IMG/VR virus record: IMGVR_UViG_3300021076_000041
Length of the DNA: 36,488 bases
From: a virus
Reading direction: 5' to 3' (one strand)
The notes under the pieces: generated by a model
Databases searched by the model: none
The model's input: only the letters and a program-made list of their open reading frames with translations
What the model was told of the DNA's origin: nothing
Part shown: positions 1 to 8,819 of the stretch, piece after piece
How the letters are laid out: each line of letters starts with the position of its first letter
How positions within the stretch are numbered: position 1 is the stretch's first letter
Position numbers and translations under genes: made by a program

Positions 1-2
1 AT

Positions 3-179
3 CCACTTGATACAGAAACTTGGTACCTTGAAGAAAATTACCCACCCGAAGTTGTTGAAAAATGGTTTGCTAACTTACATCAAGATATCACAATGGGGTA
101 TGTTGAATATTTCAAAAATCAGAAACGATTCTTAATCGAAGCAATTTGGGATTATGAATTTGGCGGTGATAGACAATGA
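3..179 (+). CDS. hypothetical protein, C-terminal part (5' end upstream of window)
   Basis: Frame 3 is open from the window edge to TGA 177-179 (..WYLEENYPPEVVEKWFANLHQDITMGYVEYFKNQKRFLIEAIWDYEFGGDRQ). The stop overlaps the next ATG (176). No family recognised. Confidence 0.35.
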   Translation, partial: PLDTETWYLEENYPPEVVEKWFANLHQDITMGYVEYFKNQKRFLIEAIWDYEFGGDRQ

Positions 180-392
180 TGACGCCGGAAGATGAAGTGT
201 TCATAAGATTGAAATATCCAATCTGCGAATTCCACACAAGTGGAATTTCGATCGATTGGGGGCGATTCATATCCGCCTATTGTTGTTGACCGTTGGTGGG
301 GTAGATTTAGTGATAGCGGACGCTGGGATAGTAATCTATATCAGAAATGGTTGATTGAAGAATTGCTGAACTATGAAGAATCAATTTATTGA
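176..392 (+). CDS. hypothetical protein, N-terminal E-x-x-F-I-R-L-K-Y family; frame changes inside a G5 run
   Basis: ATG 176 gives MMTPEDEVFIRLKYPICEFHTSGISIDWG. The frame switches at GGGGG 258-262 to DSYPPIVVDRWWGRFSDSGRWDSNLYQKWLIEELLNYEESIY, ending at TGA 390-392. Both termini resemble 13546..13953 (DELETFIRLKY.. and ..LLIEELIEYE). Confidence 0.4.
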
Positions 393-397
393 AAAAT

Positions 398-421
398 AAG
401 TGGGATAGAAATATCCCACTT
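398..421. terminator. hairpin between convergent genes (bidirectional terminator candidate)
   Basis: AAGTGGGATA (398-407), loop GAAA, TATCCCACTT (412-421): a perfect 10-bp stem between the + gene ending at 392 and the - gene ending at 431. Confidence 0.6.
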
Positions 422-430
422 ACCTCTTAT

Positions 431-1307
431 CTATTCATAAATCCTCAATACCTCAGCCACAATGGGATCTCTTTCGATGTGACAGTTTAAGAATTCAGAA
501 ATGGCGATCATTGAACTCTTCTTTGCTTTCAATCGTTTTACAAAATCAGCAAGCCCGTTCTCTTTCTTATGATCGGTTTGATCCAAGTCACCAGTAATGA
601 ACGCTCTGGTATTCTCACCTAATCTTGTCAGCAATAATTTCATACCCGACGGTAATGCGTTCTGAGATTCGTCGAGAATAATAATAGCGTTTTTGAAAGA
701 TCTACCGGCGCATATACATCAATGATGCCAATTCAATCACACCGGTCATCCATCATCTTTGAAAGTGCTGCCTTGCTATAATATTCTTCGAAAATATCCA
801 TTAATGGTTGAACCCAGGGATCCAATTTCTCATTCAATGTCCCCGGTAAGAAACCGTGATTCTCACCTTCAGCACCGAACTGCAGGTCGGACAATGATAA
901 TCTTTTCTACTTCATTTTCACGCAATGCTTTGATTGCTCGCAATACGCTTAAATATGTCTTACCGAGTTCCTGCTGGGCCTACAGCAAATACTATTCTCA
1001 TATTATCATTCAATAACTGACTTATATATGTCTCCTGTGCTGTATTACGCGGTATAAGGTTTACACGATTTACTGGTGCTCTATCAAATTTAAGAACACT
1101 CGTGCTATGAGTTTCGTGAGGTAAGGCTGCGGCTACGCGGGAATTTTTGCGTGGTTTCAAGGTTATACTCCTTTGGGTTGATTTTGGAATAAGAAGACCA
1201 GTGGCGGTATTTTCTGAGGATGTTTTAGTCTTTCGAACTCGAGGGTCCGACACAGGATGAGCAAAGAATGAATCAATAATTTCATTTGTCATACAAGTAT
1301 TTACCAT
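431..1307 (-). CDS. phoH: PhoH-like ATPase, interrupted by four single-base frame breaks
   Basis: The minus-strand translation carries PhoH motifs: NLIPRNTAQETYI, VFAVGPAGT|GKTYL (Walker A), RPAV|GAEGENHGFLPG, GVIELASLMYMR|GRSF, IIILDESQN, ITGDLDQTD. It is continuous only if plus-strand bases 965, 877, 744 and 707 are skipped. Track ORFs 960..1367(-) and 431..643(-) are its two ends. Start taken at ATG 1307 (alternative 1292). Confidence 0.85.
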
Positions 1308-1341
1308 TCTTAGCGAAATTCTTTGTGAACCATACAATATT

Positions 1342-1349
1342 GATAAATA
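1342..1349 (+). promoter_or_regulatory. GATAAATA box (T4-late-promoter-like)
   Basis: GATAAATA lies 36 nt upstream of ATG 1385. It is one of 7 intergenic + strand copies of this octamer. Confidence 0.35.
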
Positions 1350-1374
1350 TACTATAGTGAATATCACAAATCAA
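1346..1374 (-). promoter_or_regulatory. sigma70-like promoter candidate for phoH
   Basis: On the minus strand: TTGATT (1374-1369), 17 nt spacer, TATATT (1351-1346), about 40 nt upstream of ATG 1307. Confidence 0.4.
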
Positions 1375-1384
1375 AAGGTGAAAT

Positions 1385-1994
1385 ATGAATCAAATTGAGT
1401 TAGACAAAATCAAATCAACTCTCATAAATATCTCCAAAGGTAATTCAGTATTGGATACTTTATTAGAATTTGAAAGAACACTGGACAACACAGAGATATT
1501 CTCATATAAGAATTGGGTACTCGGTGAAGTAGTTGACCGGTCCACATATAGGTAGATATTTCTATACTGTGACTTTGATGTTTCCACGAAAACTAATGCC
1601 CGATCCGAATCGGCCGGCTTGAGACTGACCAAAATTGGCGCTACTGTAACATTCAAGAAAAGTATCTTCAAGAAACCAATCAAGGTCGAAGGACCACAAG
1701 ATTGGAAAGATCCTACTTCGAAGAAAGCTAAAATCATAGATCATCCTATTTGGCTCGTGACTATAGATTTACCAATCAAGTATATTACCCAGGGGCTTGA
1801 AGATATTGAGACAATGATTCAGAAAGATCTCGAACAGGCGAATTCGGATATTGTAGATGCTTATCAAGATGAAGGTCAACCTGCTGATGATTCTCAAGAC
1901 TATGATAACGGTGGCCGGTGATTTCGACAATGACTACAGTGATGACACTGGTGATCAACCACCAGCGCCAGTTGACGACCAGGAGCAACAATAA
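1385..1994 (+). CDS. conserved-looking phage protein with acidic C-terminal tail; four frame breaks
   Basis: RBS AAGGTG, ATG 1385. Reads MNQIELDKIKSTLINISKGNSVLDTLLEFERTLDNTEIFSYKNWVLGEVVD|GPHIGRYFYTVTLMFPRKLMPDPN|G|GLRLTKIGATVTF..DYDNGG|GDFDNDYSDDTGDQPPAPVDDQEQQ when the Cs at 1538, 1611, 1615 and 1916 are skipped. TAA 1992-1994. Track ORF 1619..1921 is its middle part. Confidence 0.55.
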
Positions 1995-2749
1995 TGAGCC
2001 TCCAGCACAATGATTTGAAAAATACCATTCAACCAATCATTACTCTTGATGATTTCAAACCAAAGGCACGGCAATGATCCCGATGTCATCGTAGTAGCTT
2101 TCTATTTCAATGAAGAAGACCCTGCTAAGGATTTGAACACTTTCATTCAGCGCCGGTTTCATTGACACGCTTGATGTTGAGGTAAGTCCAAACACAGATG
2201 AGGATCGGTCGATATTTGGTCTTCATAGAAATGGGAAGAGACGCCACCTTTCCAAACAAATTCAGAGCATTGATAAAAGATATTGAAAATCTTACAGGTA
2301 AGGTAAAGTGGAAAGTAAGAACCTATCTTTCAAATGATAGAGAATTTGAAATCAATGATCCAGAAATATACAAATTTATCATCCTCGAACCAAAAAAATA
2401 CGTTACCAAGGCAGAATTCAAAATGGATACAATAAAAGAGAGTGTCATCAACTTTTTCAGAACTTCAATGGTGTCAGACTTGACAACCCAAAATAACTAT
2501 GTTACACTAATACAAGGTCATAATAAAATAGTAGCAGAGGTTGTTGATTTTGGTGATTATGATACAGTGATTGGTAGAAATTTCTTATCAGAGTCTGCCT
2601 TCAAACTTACACAAATTCCATATGAGGTAAAGATGTTGGAATCTATGTTAGGTAATTGTGGGGTCACCCCGGTAGATAAATTTCTACTAATTACTCGTGG
2701 TGATGATGTGATGTTGCTAAGAAACACGCATATCAGTTATGGTAGATAA
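1994..2749 (+). CDS. hypothetical phage protein; three frame breaks
   Basis: ATG 1994 overlaps the upstream TAA. Reads MSLQHNDLKNTIQPIITLDDFKPKA|GNDPDVIVVAFYFNEEDPAKDLNTFIQR|GFIDTLDVEVSPNTDED|GRYLVFIEMGRD.. when the Cs at 2069, 2154 and 2206 are skipped. It joins track ORF 2198..2749. Confidence 0.5.
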
Positions 2750-2782
2750 GAATTAAATATAAAAAAAGAATAGGAGAATAGA

Positions 2783-2998
2783 TTGGCCAAAGAGGAATGT
2801 ATAGTATTAAAAGGTCGTGTCACTGACGCAGCACCCGGAGCAAAATTCAAGGTAAGACTTGAAAACGGGCATTTAATCAATGCTATTATCAGTGGTAAAA
2901 TTCGAAAGAATAATATCCAAATTCTGCTGGATGACGAAGTTGAAATTGAAATGAGTTTATACGACTTGACACTTGGTAGAATAAGTTATCGTTTCTAA
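2783..2998 (+). CDS. infA: translation initiation factor IF-1
   Basis: TTG start 6 nt after [75 protein letters not shown] aligns along its whole length with bacterial IF-1 (MAKED..F.V.LENGH...A.ISGK.RKN.I.IL.GD.V..E..PYDL..GRI..R). Confidence 0.9.
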   Translation: MAKEECIVLKGRVTDAAPGAKFKVRLENGHLINAIISGKIRKNNIQILLDDEVEIEMSLYDLTLGRISYRF

Positions 2999-3006
2999 GA
3001 GAAATT

Positions 3007-3828
3007 ATGCCTACACCATCAGACTTTTATAGTATCCTTGGTGTCACCAAAGATTCAACTCAAGATGAGATAAAGAAATCCTATCGAAAGAAGGCGATGG
3101 AATTCCACCCCGATCGTAATAATAATCCGGGTGCCGAAGCCAAATTCAAAGAAGTCAAAGAAGCATATGAAACCCTAAGTGATGAGTCGAAGAAAGGTAT
3201 TTACGATTCGCAAGGGCAGAATACTGGCAATAGAACCACCAGCGGCAATCCATTTGCTAACTGGCATAATTTCTCCGGGTCGCCAGACTTCACAAATGAT
3301 GATTTATCGGATCTATATAATTCGTGGCGTCGTCGAGAAGCCGAAACCGCTCAGCAGAAGAAAACCAAGACAACAATTACAATCACCTTAGAACAAGCAT
3401 ACGGTGGTGTCACAATTCCATTTAACAATGAAGTTCTAAGAGTTCCACCAGGTGTAAGAACTGGTAGCAAATTATTCGTTCAGTCGACAATCATAGACAT
3501 AATTGTTCAACCACATACCAAATTCAAAAGAACGAATGATGATTTATTAGTTGATATCTTTATCTCAGTCTTCGAGTCTGTGTTAGGTATTGATAATGTC
3601 ACTTTAACTCATCTCGATGGTAAAAAATTCCAGTTTAGCATTCCGAAAGGATTACAACATAATCAGGTTATTCGTCTTTCGAAGAAAGGAATGCCAAACC
3701 CAGAGACAAGCCGTTATGGTGATTTAATGGTTCGATGTAATGTAGTAATGCCATCAGGAACACTGACAGCAGAACAGAAAGAGATTTTGGAGAAGTTGTT
3801 TTTAACCAGGAAGTCGATTGACCTTTAA
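3007..3828 (+). CDS. dnaJ: J-domain co-chaperone (DnaJ/CbpA-like, no zinc-finger region)
   Basis: N-terminal J domain [43 protein letters not shown] with the HPD motif, and a C-terminal DnaJ-type substrate-binding region (..[28 protein letters not shown]). No CxxCxGxG repeats. Confidence 0.85.
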   Translation: MPTPSDFYSILGVTKDSTQDEIKKSYRKKAMEFHPDRNNNPGAEAKFKEVKEAYETLSDESKKGIYDSQGQNTGNRTTSGNPFANWHNFSGSPDFTNDDLSDLYNSWRRREAETAQQKKTKTTITITLEQAYGGVTIPFNNEVLRVPPGVRTGSKLFVQSTIIDIIVQPHTKFKRTNDDLLVDIFISVFESVLGIDNVTLTHLDGKKFQFSIPKGLQHNQVIRLSKKGMPNPETSRYGDLMVRCNVVMPSGTLTAEQKEILEKLFLTRKSIDL

Positions 3829-3838
3829 GGAAGAAAAA

Positions 3839-6076
3839 ATGAGCAACAAGAGAGTTGATAAGATGGTTGAACGAGCGCTGAATTTGGCGCAAGATAATTG
3901 TCACGAATATGTGACACTGGAACATATTCTGCTGTCATTGCTTTCAGAGAAAGATATCAGTGATCTGCTACTTGGTATCGGTGCGCAGCCAAACAAGATC
4001 AAGAGTGAAATGATAAAGCAACTCGAAGATCCATCAAACAAGAAACCGGAGCATCTTCGCCACCTTCCGGTCAAAAGGACACAGGCAGTTCAAAGAACTT
4101 GGCAACGAGCATTAACTCAAGTATTGGTAAGTAGCCAATCAGAACTTTCACTCGAAGGATTGCTGATCAGTATCCTAAGTGAAGAAGAAAGCCACGCTTG
4201 CTACCAGTTGAAGATAAATGGTGTGACCAGAGAGAAATTGGCTAACTTCCTTAGGAAGCAAATGGAGAAAGGAAAAACACCCGATGAAACATTCCTAAGT
4301 CAGTATTGTCGCAATCTCAATGAAGATAGCAAGAACGGACTTGTCGACCCAGTGATTGGTAGAGAGAAAGAAATCACCGAAATTATTGAAATCGCAGCAA
4401 GAAGAAAGAAAAATAATTCCGTGCTTGTAGGGCACCCGGGTTGCGGGAAGACTGCAGTTTTGGAAGGCCTTGCTAAGAAAATTGTCGACAAAGAAGTGCC
4501 AAAAGCACTACTTGATAAGACAGTTTATAGTCTCGACATTGCTTCCTTACTCGCTGGAACAAAATTCCGTGGTGATTTCGAGGAGCGCCTGAAAGGTGTG
4601 CTAAATGAAATCGAGAAGACAGGAAATATTATTCTGTTCATTGACGAAATCCATATGATTATGGGTGCGGGATCATCTTCCGGTTCCGCAATGGACGCTG
4701 CCAATATGCTGAAGCCATTGTTAGCAAAGGGTAAGTTGATGTGTGTCGGTGCTACCACAGAAGACGAGTATGTCACTCACTTCGAGAAAGACAAGGCATT
4801 GCTACGCAGATTCCAGAAGGTAGATATTCATCCGCCAAGCGTCGAAGATTCTAAGAGAATTCTGAAAGGAATAGAGAAGTATTATGCTGAATTTCACAAA
4901 GTAACATATGAACCCGGAACACTAGATGAATGTGTCGATCTTAGTGTCAGGTATATGAAGAATAAATTCCTACCAGACAAGGCAATTGACATTATGGATA
5001 GTGCCGGTGCAAGAGCAAAACTGGCAGATAAGACAATCGTCGATCAGGATATGATACTACAGGTAGTTTCAAAGGTATCAAAGATTCCACTCAATATGAT
5101 TGATGTCAAAGAAAATACCGCATTGGAGAACTTAGCAGCTAGAGTTAAGAACAAGGTGTTTGGTCAGGACTTGGCAATTGACGCATTGGTTGAAGCAATC
5201 AATATATCAAAGTCAGGATTACGCGAGCCAGGCAAGCCAATTGGTAATTTCCTATTCTTAGGTGCTACGGGTGTGGGGAAAACTTACGTATGTAAGAGAC
5301 TATCCGAAGAACTTGGTGTCAAGTTAGTAAGGTTTGATATGAGTGAATATCAAGAAAGTCACTCAGTGTCAAAACTGATTGGCGCGCCACCAGGCTATGT
5401 TGGATTCGGTGAAGGTAAGATTGGTGATGGATTGTTGATTAGCGAAATTAAAAACAATCCAAACTGTGTGTTGTTGCTTGATGAAATTGAAAAAGCAGCA
5501 CCAGAAATCTATACCATTCTGCTTCAAGTAATGGATGATGGTCGATGCACTTCGAGCAAAGGTGACACGATTGATTTCAGTAATGTAATTTTGATTATGA
5601 CTTCAAATCTTGGTGCTGCTGATTCTGAAAAGAATCGTATTGGATTTGGTCATCAAAATAGCAATACTGACACTGTGGTTGATGAGGCAGTAAAGAAATT
5701 CTTTGCTCCGGAATTTAGAAATCGAATTGATAATATTGTCAAGTTTAATAAATTGACAATGGTAGAAATGTATCTCATTATCAATGCTGAATTTGATAAA
5801 ACCAATCAACTACTTGTTGATAAGAATATCACTGTCAATCTTACCACAGAGGCAAGAGAATGGTTTGCTAAGAATGGTTATGATCCATTGTTTGGTGCGC
5901 GACCATTTAACAGACTGTGGCAGGACAAGGTTAAGAAGCAATTGTCGAAAGAGATATTGTTCGGTTGCCTGAAGAATGGTGGCAGAGCAAATATTACAGT
6001 GAAAGATGATGACATTCTTATCACACCAATTGAGAATGTCATTGCTGATCTTTCAGATATTATTGATTCGCTTTAA
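3839..6076 (+). CDS. clpA: ClpA-type two-ring AAA+ unfoldase
   Basis: RBS AAGGAAG before ATG 3839 (the track ORF starts at 3818). Clp N-domain (VTLEHILLSLL). NBD1 has GHPGCGKT and ILFIDEIH; NBD2 has GATGVGKT and VLLLDEIEKA. IGF tripeptide (NRIGFGH) at the ClpP-docking loop position. Size about 745 aa with no long ClpB middle domain. Confidence 0.85.
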   Translation: MSNKRVDKMVERALNLAQDNCHEYVTLEHILLSLLSEKDISDLLLGIGAQPNKIKSEMIKQLEDPSNKKPEHLRHLPVKRTQAVQRTWQRALTQVLVSSQSELSLEGLLISILSEEESHACYQLKINGVTREKLANFLRKQMEKGKTPDETFLSQYCRNLNEDSKNGLVDPVIGREKEITEIIEIAARRKKNNSVLVGHPGCGKTAVLEGLAKKIVDKEVPKALLDKTVYSLDIASLLAGTKFRGDFEERLKGVLNEIEKTGNIILFIDEIHMIMGAGSSSGSAMDAANMLKPLLAKGKLMCVGATTEDEYVTHFEKDKALLRRFQKVDIHPPSVEDSKRILKGIEKYYAEFHKVTYEPGTLDECVDLSVRYMKNKFLPDKAIDIMDSAGARAKLADKTIVDQDMILQVVSKVSKIPLNMIDVKENTALENLAARVKNKVFGQDLAIDALVEAINISKSGLREPGKPIGNFLFLGATGVGKTYVCKRLSEELGVKLVRFDMSEYQESHSVSKLIGAPPGYVGFGEGKIGDGLLISEIKNNPNCVLLLDEIEKAAPEIYTILLQVMDDGRCTSSKGDTIDFSNVILIMTSNLGAADSEKNRIGFGHQNSNTDTVVDEAVKKFFAPEFRNRIDNIVKFNKLTMVEMYLIINAEFDKTNQLLVDKNITVNLTTEAREWFAKNGYDPLFGARPFNRLWQDKVKKQLSKEILFGCLKNGGRANITVKDDDILITPIENVIADLSDIIDSL

Positions 6077-6087
6077 TTCACTGAATC

Positions 6088-6113
6088 GCCGGCCAGCTAT
6101 GTTCACGGCCGGC
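6088..6113. terminator. GC-rich hairpin between convergent genes
   Basis: GCCGGCC (6088-6094) and GGCCGGC (6107-6113) form a 7-bp all-GC stem with a 12-nt loop, between the clpA stop (6076) and the 3' end of the minus-strand gene. Confidence 0.45.
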
Positions 6114-6763
6114 AAATTGGATCAGTGATGACAAGTTGCGGGCCGTGTGAGGTTGGTCGAATCATCAAGTTGTCAGTGTGAATATCTGACTGAAATAGAT
6201 TATTCATTTTAGTCAGATGGTGAATTTCTTTTAATGCCTGTATCAATCGCGGATCCTTAATATTGGAAAATTTACCGTAATGCCAAACTACTATCAAGTA
6301 GCTCCGAAATAGAGACGCAAATGTCGGCTTCCGGTGGCAATGTTTCATCCCAAAGATCCAATCTCATATAGTCACTAAGGTTATCAACCATTCTCTTTCC
6401 AAGTTCTATTAAAACTTCGGAAGAGAAACTATCAAACTTCTGTAATCTCTCGATTCGGTAAGTTGGCCTTACTTCGCCATCTTCGGTTGTTTCTAGATCG
6501 ACATTATACACTCGGGGGAAATATGGATTCTCGGAAGATAATTGTCTATCGGCAATCGCCTTGATATATGTATAGTATGGATCATCTTTAAGGCGGTATT
6601 TCAATTGTTTATCTTTCTTCATTACCATATGCTCGTCGGGATCATTTGAGACCGACGAATACTTACCTAATCCGATCTCATTACTTTGGTCAAGCGGTTC
6701 GTAAGGCTTGACGCCAAATTGTGTGCTGATGATTTCGGATAGTTTCATATCATTATTTATCAT
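6103..6763 (-). CDS. protein-kinase-like protein; one frame break
   Basis: Minus strand carries a G-loop-like IGLGKYSSV, MVMKK lysine, catalytic-loop-like SDIHTDNLMI and ITDP. Track ORFs 6272..6892(-) and 6103..6348(-) join as ..LLDSSLAL|GKFSNIKDPRL.. when plus base 6277 is skipped. Start is probably ATG 6763 or 6748. Confidence 0.5.
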
Positions 6764-6780
6764 CGCATCAATGCATAACA

Positions 6781-6809
6781 GATAAATACATATATGCGAA
6801 TGATAAATA
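6781..6809 (+). promoter_or_regulatory. two GATAAATA boxes (late-promoter-like) in a divergent intergenic region
   Basis: GATAAATAC occurs at 6781-6789 and 6802-6810, upstream of the + gene starting at 6840/6858. A reverse copy (TATTTATC 6754-6761) abuts the minus-strand gene start. Confidence 0.35.
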
Positions 6810-6839
6810 CAGTAGTGAATCAGGAGAAAGAAAATTTCA

Positions 6840-7278
6840 TTGAATAAATCAGTACTGATGATGGCGAATACTGGCACAGAGTGGAATCTCATCGGCGTTC
6901 CTACACGCGCAGATTCATTCTATGGATACACTGATGGACTTCACACTGTTCAAATTGTGTATCAGAATTTCGTAGGTGGCTTTGGTATTCAAGGAACGCT
7001 TGCCTTAGATCCTAAGCCTGAGGATTGGTTTTGGATCCAACTGAACCCGAACGGTCAATCATTCTATCCATATTTGACATACCCACTCAATCCGTTATAC
7101 CCGACTGGATCAAATGGTGGTGATACAGGATCAATGGCATTTACTTTCATTGGTAATTTTGTGTTTCTGCGAACAGTAATGACAAGAGATTATATCCAAC
7201 CTGGTCCAGGACCCGGTCAATTGACTTGGACTGATTGGATATGGCGGCCAAATTGATAAAGTTCTACTCAGTCTATAA
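6840..7278 (+). CDS. hypothetical (structural-looking, G/P/T/N-rich) protein; probable frame break near the 3' end
   Basis: Track ORF 6840..7256 (TTG start; alternative ATG 6858). Skipping C 7245 (TGG C GGC) gives ..TDWIW|GQIDKVLLSL with TAA 7276-7278, directly before RBS AAAGGAAG and ATG 7291. Confidence 0.45.
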
Positions 7279-7290
7279 AGGAAGAATAAT

Positions 7291-7940
7291 ATGATTTCTG
7301 GTCAAAATACCATTCTCAACAATTTTGTACCAACCTTTGCTATCAATAATATAATTGGTGGTCAAACATTGGTCTACGATCCAATTAGACAGGCATTTGT
7401 CAATTCATTTCAAGGCGGAAATAATAGAATGAAATCATTCATAACTGTAAATCAAACATTGGTAAGACCGGCGAATACTACTGCTTACGCTGCCTTCTCT
7501 GTTATTTCAAATTCTACGACAACACCGATAGTGATAACCTTTCCATACACGGTAAGTTATCCTGGTGGTTCAGGAATAATTAGTTACTCCGCATTGTCTA
7601 CAAACCAAGTTACAAATCGCGGCGGCTATAGTCTCTTTCTGTTTAATGAACCACCTACACCAATTAATGATGGAAGTCCGTTCGCAATTATGTGGGCATA
7701 TAACAGCACTTTAATTGGTGCTATTCAATATTATCTTGGTACTGAATTTAACGGAGATTCAAGCCCCGGTGATTGTGCTTATTCTATTGACCGGTTTGAG
7801 TATCGAAAACCGGCACTGGCGTCCTACCATTTAACTGTGCTTGTGGATCGCAAGCCATTTATGGAATACTCGTGGGTAGTGGCTTCACCCCAAACAGCGG
7901 TCAGAGTTTCTTTATGTCTTTAACCATCCAAGAAACCTAA
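7291..7940 (+). CDS. hypothetical (structural-looking, S/T/N/G-rich) protein; probable two frame breaks
   Basis: Track ORF 7291..7923. Skipping Cs 7792 and 7811 gives ..CAYSID|GLSIEN|GTGVLPFNCACGSQAIYGILVGSGFTPNSGQSFFMSLTIQET, whose composition matches the rest of the protein. The unshifted frame is also open, so the call is tentative. Confidence 0.45.
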
Positions 7941-7963
7941 GAAAGTGAAATCCTTCAGATTTA

Positions 7964-7971
7964 GATAAATA
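7964..7971 (+). promoter_or_regulatory. GATAAATA box
   Basis: Intergenic copy of the octamer, 49 nt upstream of ATG 8020. Confidence 0.3.
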
Positions 7972-7972
7972 T

Positions 7973-7994
7973 ATGAAAGGAATACTCCTTTCAT
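7973..7994 (+). terminator. stem-loop after the 7291 gene
   Basis: ATGAAAGGA (7973-7981), loop ATAC, TCCTTTCAT (7986-7994): perfect 9-bp stem followed by an AT-rich tract. Confidence 0.5.
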
Positions 7995-8019
7995 AATTCT
8001 TAAATCGGGAGAAATCAGG

Positions 8020-8196
8020 ATGGATCATTCGAAATTCAGTGATGCTGTTGTTGCATTTATCGCAGTTGTATTAAATCTTCATTTGTATCTTCCGGTACTC
8101 AATGAATGTGTGACACTCTTAGTTGGTATTGCTACTTTGATTTATTTCATTCTGAAAATCTATGATCGTTTTCATCCTAAGAAAGACGGTAAATAA
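8020..8196 (+). CDS. small hydrophobic (two-TM-like) protein, 58 aa
   Basis: ATG 8020 after GGGAGAAATCAGG. MDHSKFSDAVVAFIAVVLNLHLYLPVLNECVTLLVGIATLIYFILKIYDRFHPKKDGK, TAA 8194-8196. Below the 60-aa cutoff of the track. Confidence 0.45.
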   Translation: MDHSKFSDAVVAFIAVVLNLHLYLPVLNECVTLLVGIATLIYFILKIYDRFHPKKDGK

Positions 8197-8202
8197 GAAA
8201 AT

Positions 8203-8231
8203 TTGACTTCTGCCAAAAATCCTGCTATACT
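8203..8231 (+). promoter_or_regulatory. sigma70-like promoter
   Basis: TTGACT (8203-8208), 17 nt spacer, TATACT (8226-8231). It is embedded in the 12-bp inverted repeat AATCCTGCTATA 8218-8229 / TATAGCAGGATT 8249-8260. A GATAAATA box lies at 8238-8245. Confidence 0.6.
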
Positions 8232-8263
8232 GTTAAAGATAAATACAATATAGCAGGATTTCT

Positions 8264-8809
8264 ATGAAGACGGTAATATTCACATTTGGAAGATTTGCGC
8301 CACCAACAAAGGCCCATATCAAACTATTCCAGAAAATTATTACTCTTTCAAAAGAATCAAAATCTGATTATAAGATATTTCTGTCACAGACATATAATAG
8401 AAAGACAGATCCGCTAAAATGGAAATTCAAGAGACAGATTATCAAATCGTGTATTCTGAAAATTCACATTTCGAAAGATCTTCGGATCAAAACACCATTT
8501 AATGCCTTAGAGGAACTCTCCAAACAGGGATACAAGAAGGTGATAATGATTGTCGGTAGCGACAGAGTTGAAGAATTTGAGACCAGAATGAATATATATG
8601 CTACAAAATGGGGCATTGAAGAATTTGAGGTAAGGACTTTTGGTAAGAGAGATTCGTCTGCTAAAGGTATTGCTGGTATAAGTTCTTCAAAATTGCGACA
8701 GTTTGTAGTTGATAATGATAAGAAGAAATTCTTCAATGACTTACCTGATCAATTAGATAAGAAATGGAAGAGAAAGATATTTAAGAAATGTAAGAAGAAT
8801 TTGATATAA
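8264..8809 (+). CDS. cytidylyltransferase-superfamily nucleotidyltransferase (NMN-adenylyltransferase-like)
   Basis: N-terminal FTFGRFAPPTKAH (GRFxPxHxxH-type HIGH motif) and C-terminal GISSSKLRQ (ISSTxxR-type motif). Confidence 0.5.
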   Translation: MKTVIFTFGRFAPPTKAHIKLFQKIITLSKESKSDYKIFLSQTYNRKTDPLKWKFKRQIIKSCILKIHISKDLRIKTPFNALEELSKQGYKKVIMIVGSDRVEEFETRMNIYATKWGIEEFEVRTFGKRDSSAKGIAGISSSKLRQFVVDNDKKKFFNDLPDQLDKKWKRKIFKKCKKNLI

Positions 8810-8819
8810 GGTTCAAGGA

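Noticed and set aside
759-1016. 85-aa + strand ORF, and likewise 1390..1737(-), 1562..1744(-) and 1785..2036(-).
   Set aside because: These are antisense to phoH or to the repaired + strand gene 1385..1994, whose translations carry recognisable or coherent protein sequence.
431-2749. The broken ORFs might be explained by an alternative genetic code such as TGA=Trp or stop-codon reassignment.
   Set aside because: The breaks are changes of frame, not in-frame stops. TGA, TAA and TAG all terminate well-supported genes, with many ATGA and TAATG overlaps.
1385-2749. Genes 1385 and 1994 might be T4 head-completion or DNA-end-protection (gp4/gp2-like) proteins, judging by size and order.
   Set aside because: I cannot recall diagnostic motifs well enough to support this from sequence alone, so both are left as hypothetical.
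4300-4776. Minus-strand ORFs inside clpA, with similar antisense or alternative-frame ORFs inside the polymerase, dpdA, queE, galE, the AAA genes and 32384..32683(+).
   Set aside because: They are embedded in genes with strong motif support on the other strand or frame. They are typical shadow ORFs.
3839-6076. This could be ClpB rather than ClpA.
   Set aside because: The length is about 745 aa. There is no long coiled-coil middle domain between NBD1 and NBD2, and an IGF ClpP-docking tripeptide is present. All three points favour ClpA.
6088-6113. A further CGGY frame break may lie at the 3' end of the kinase-like gene (TGC C GGC..).
   Set aside because: The unshifted frame ends sensibly at 6103, and the alternative adds only about 8 residues. 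Nothing discriminates between the two.
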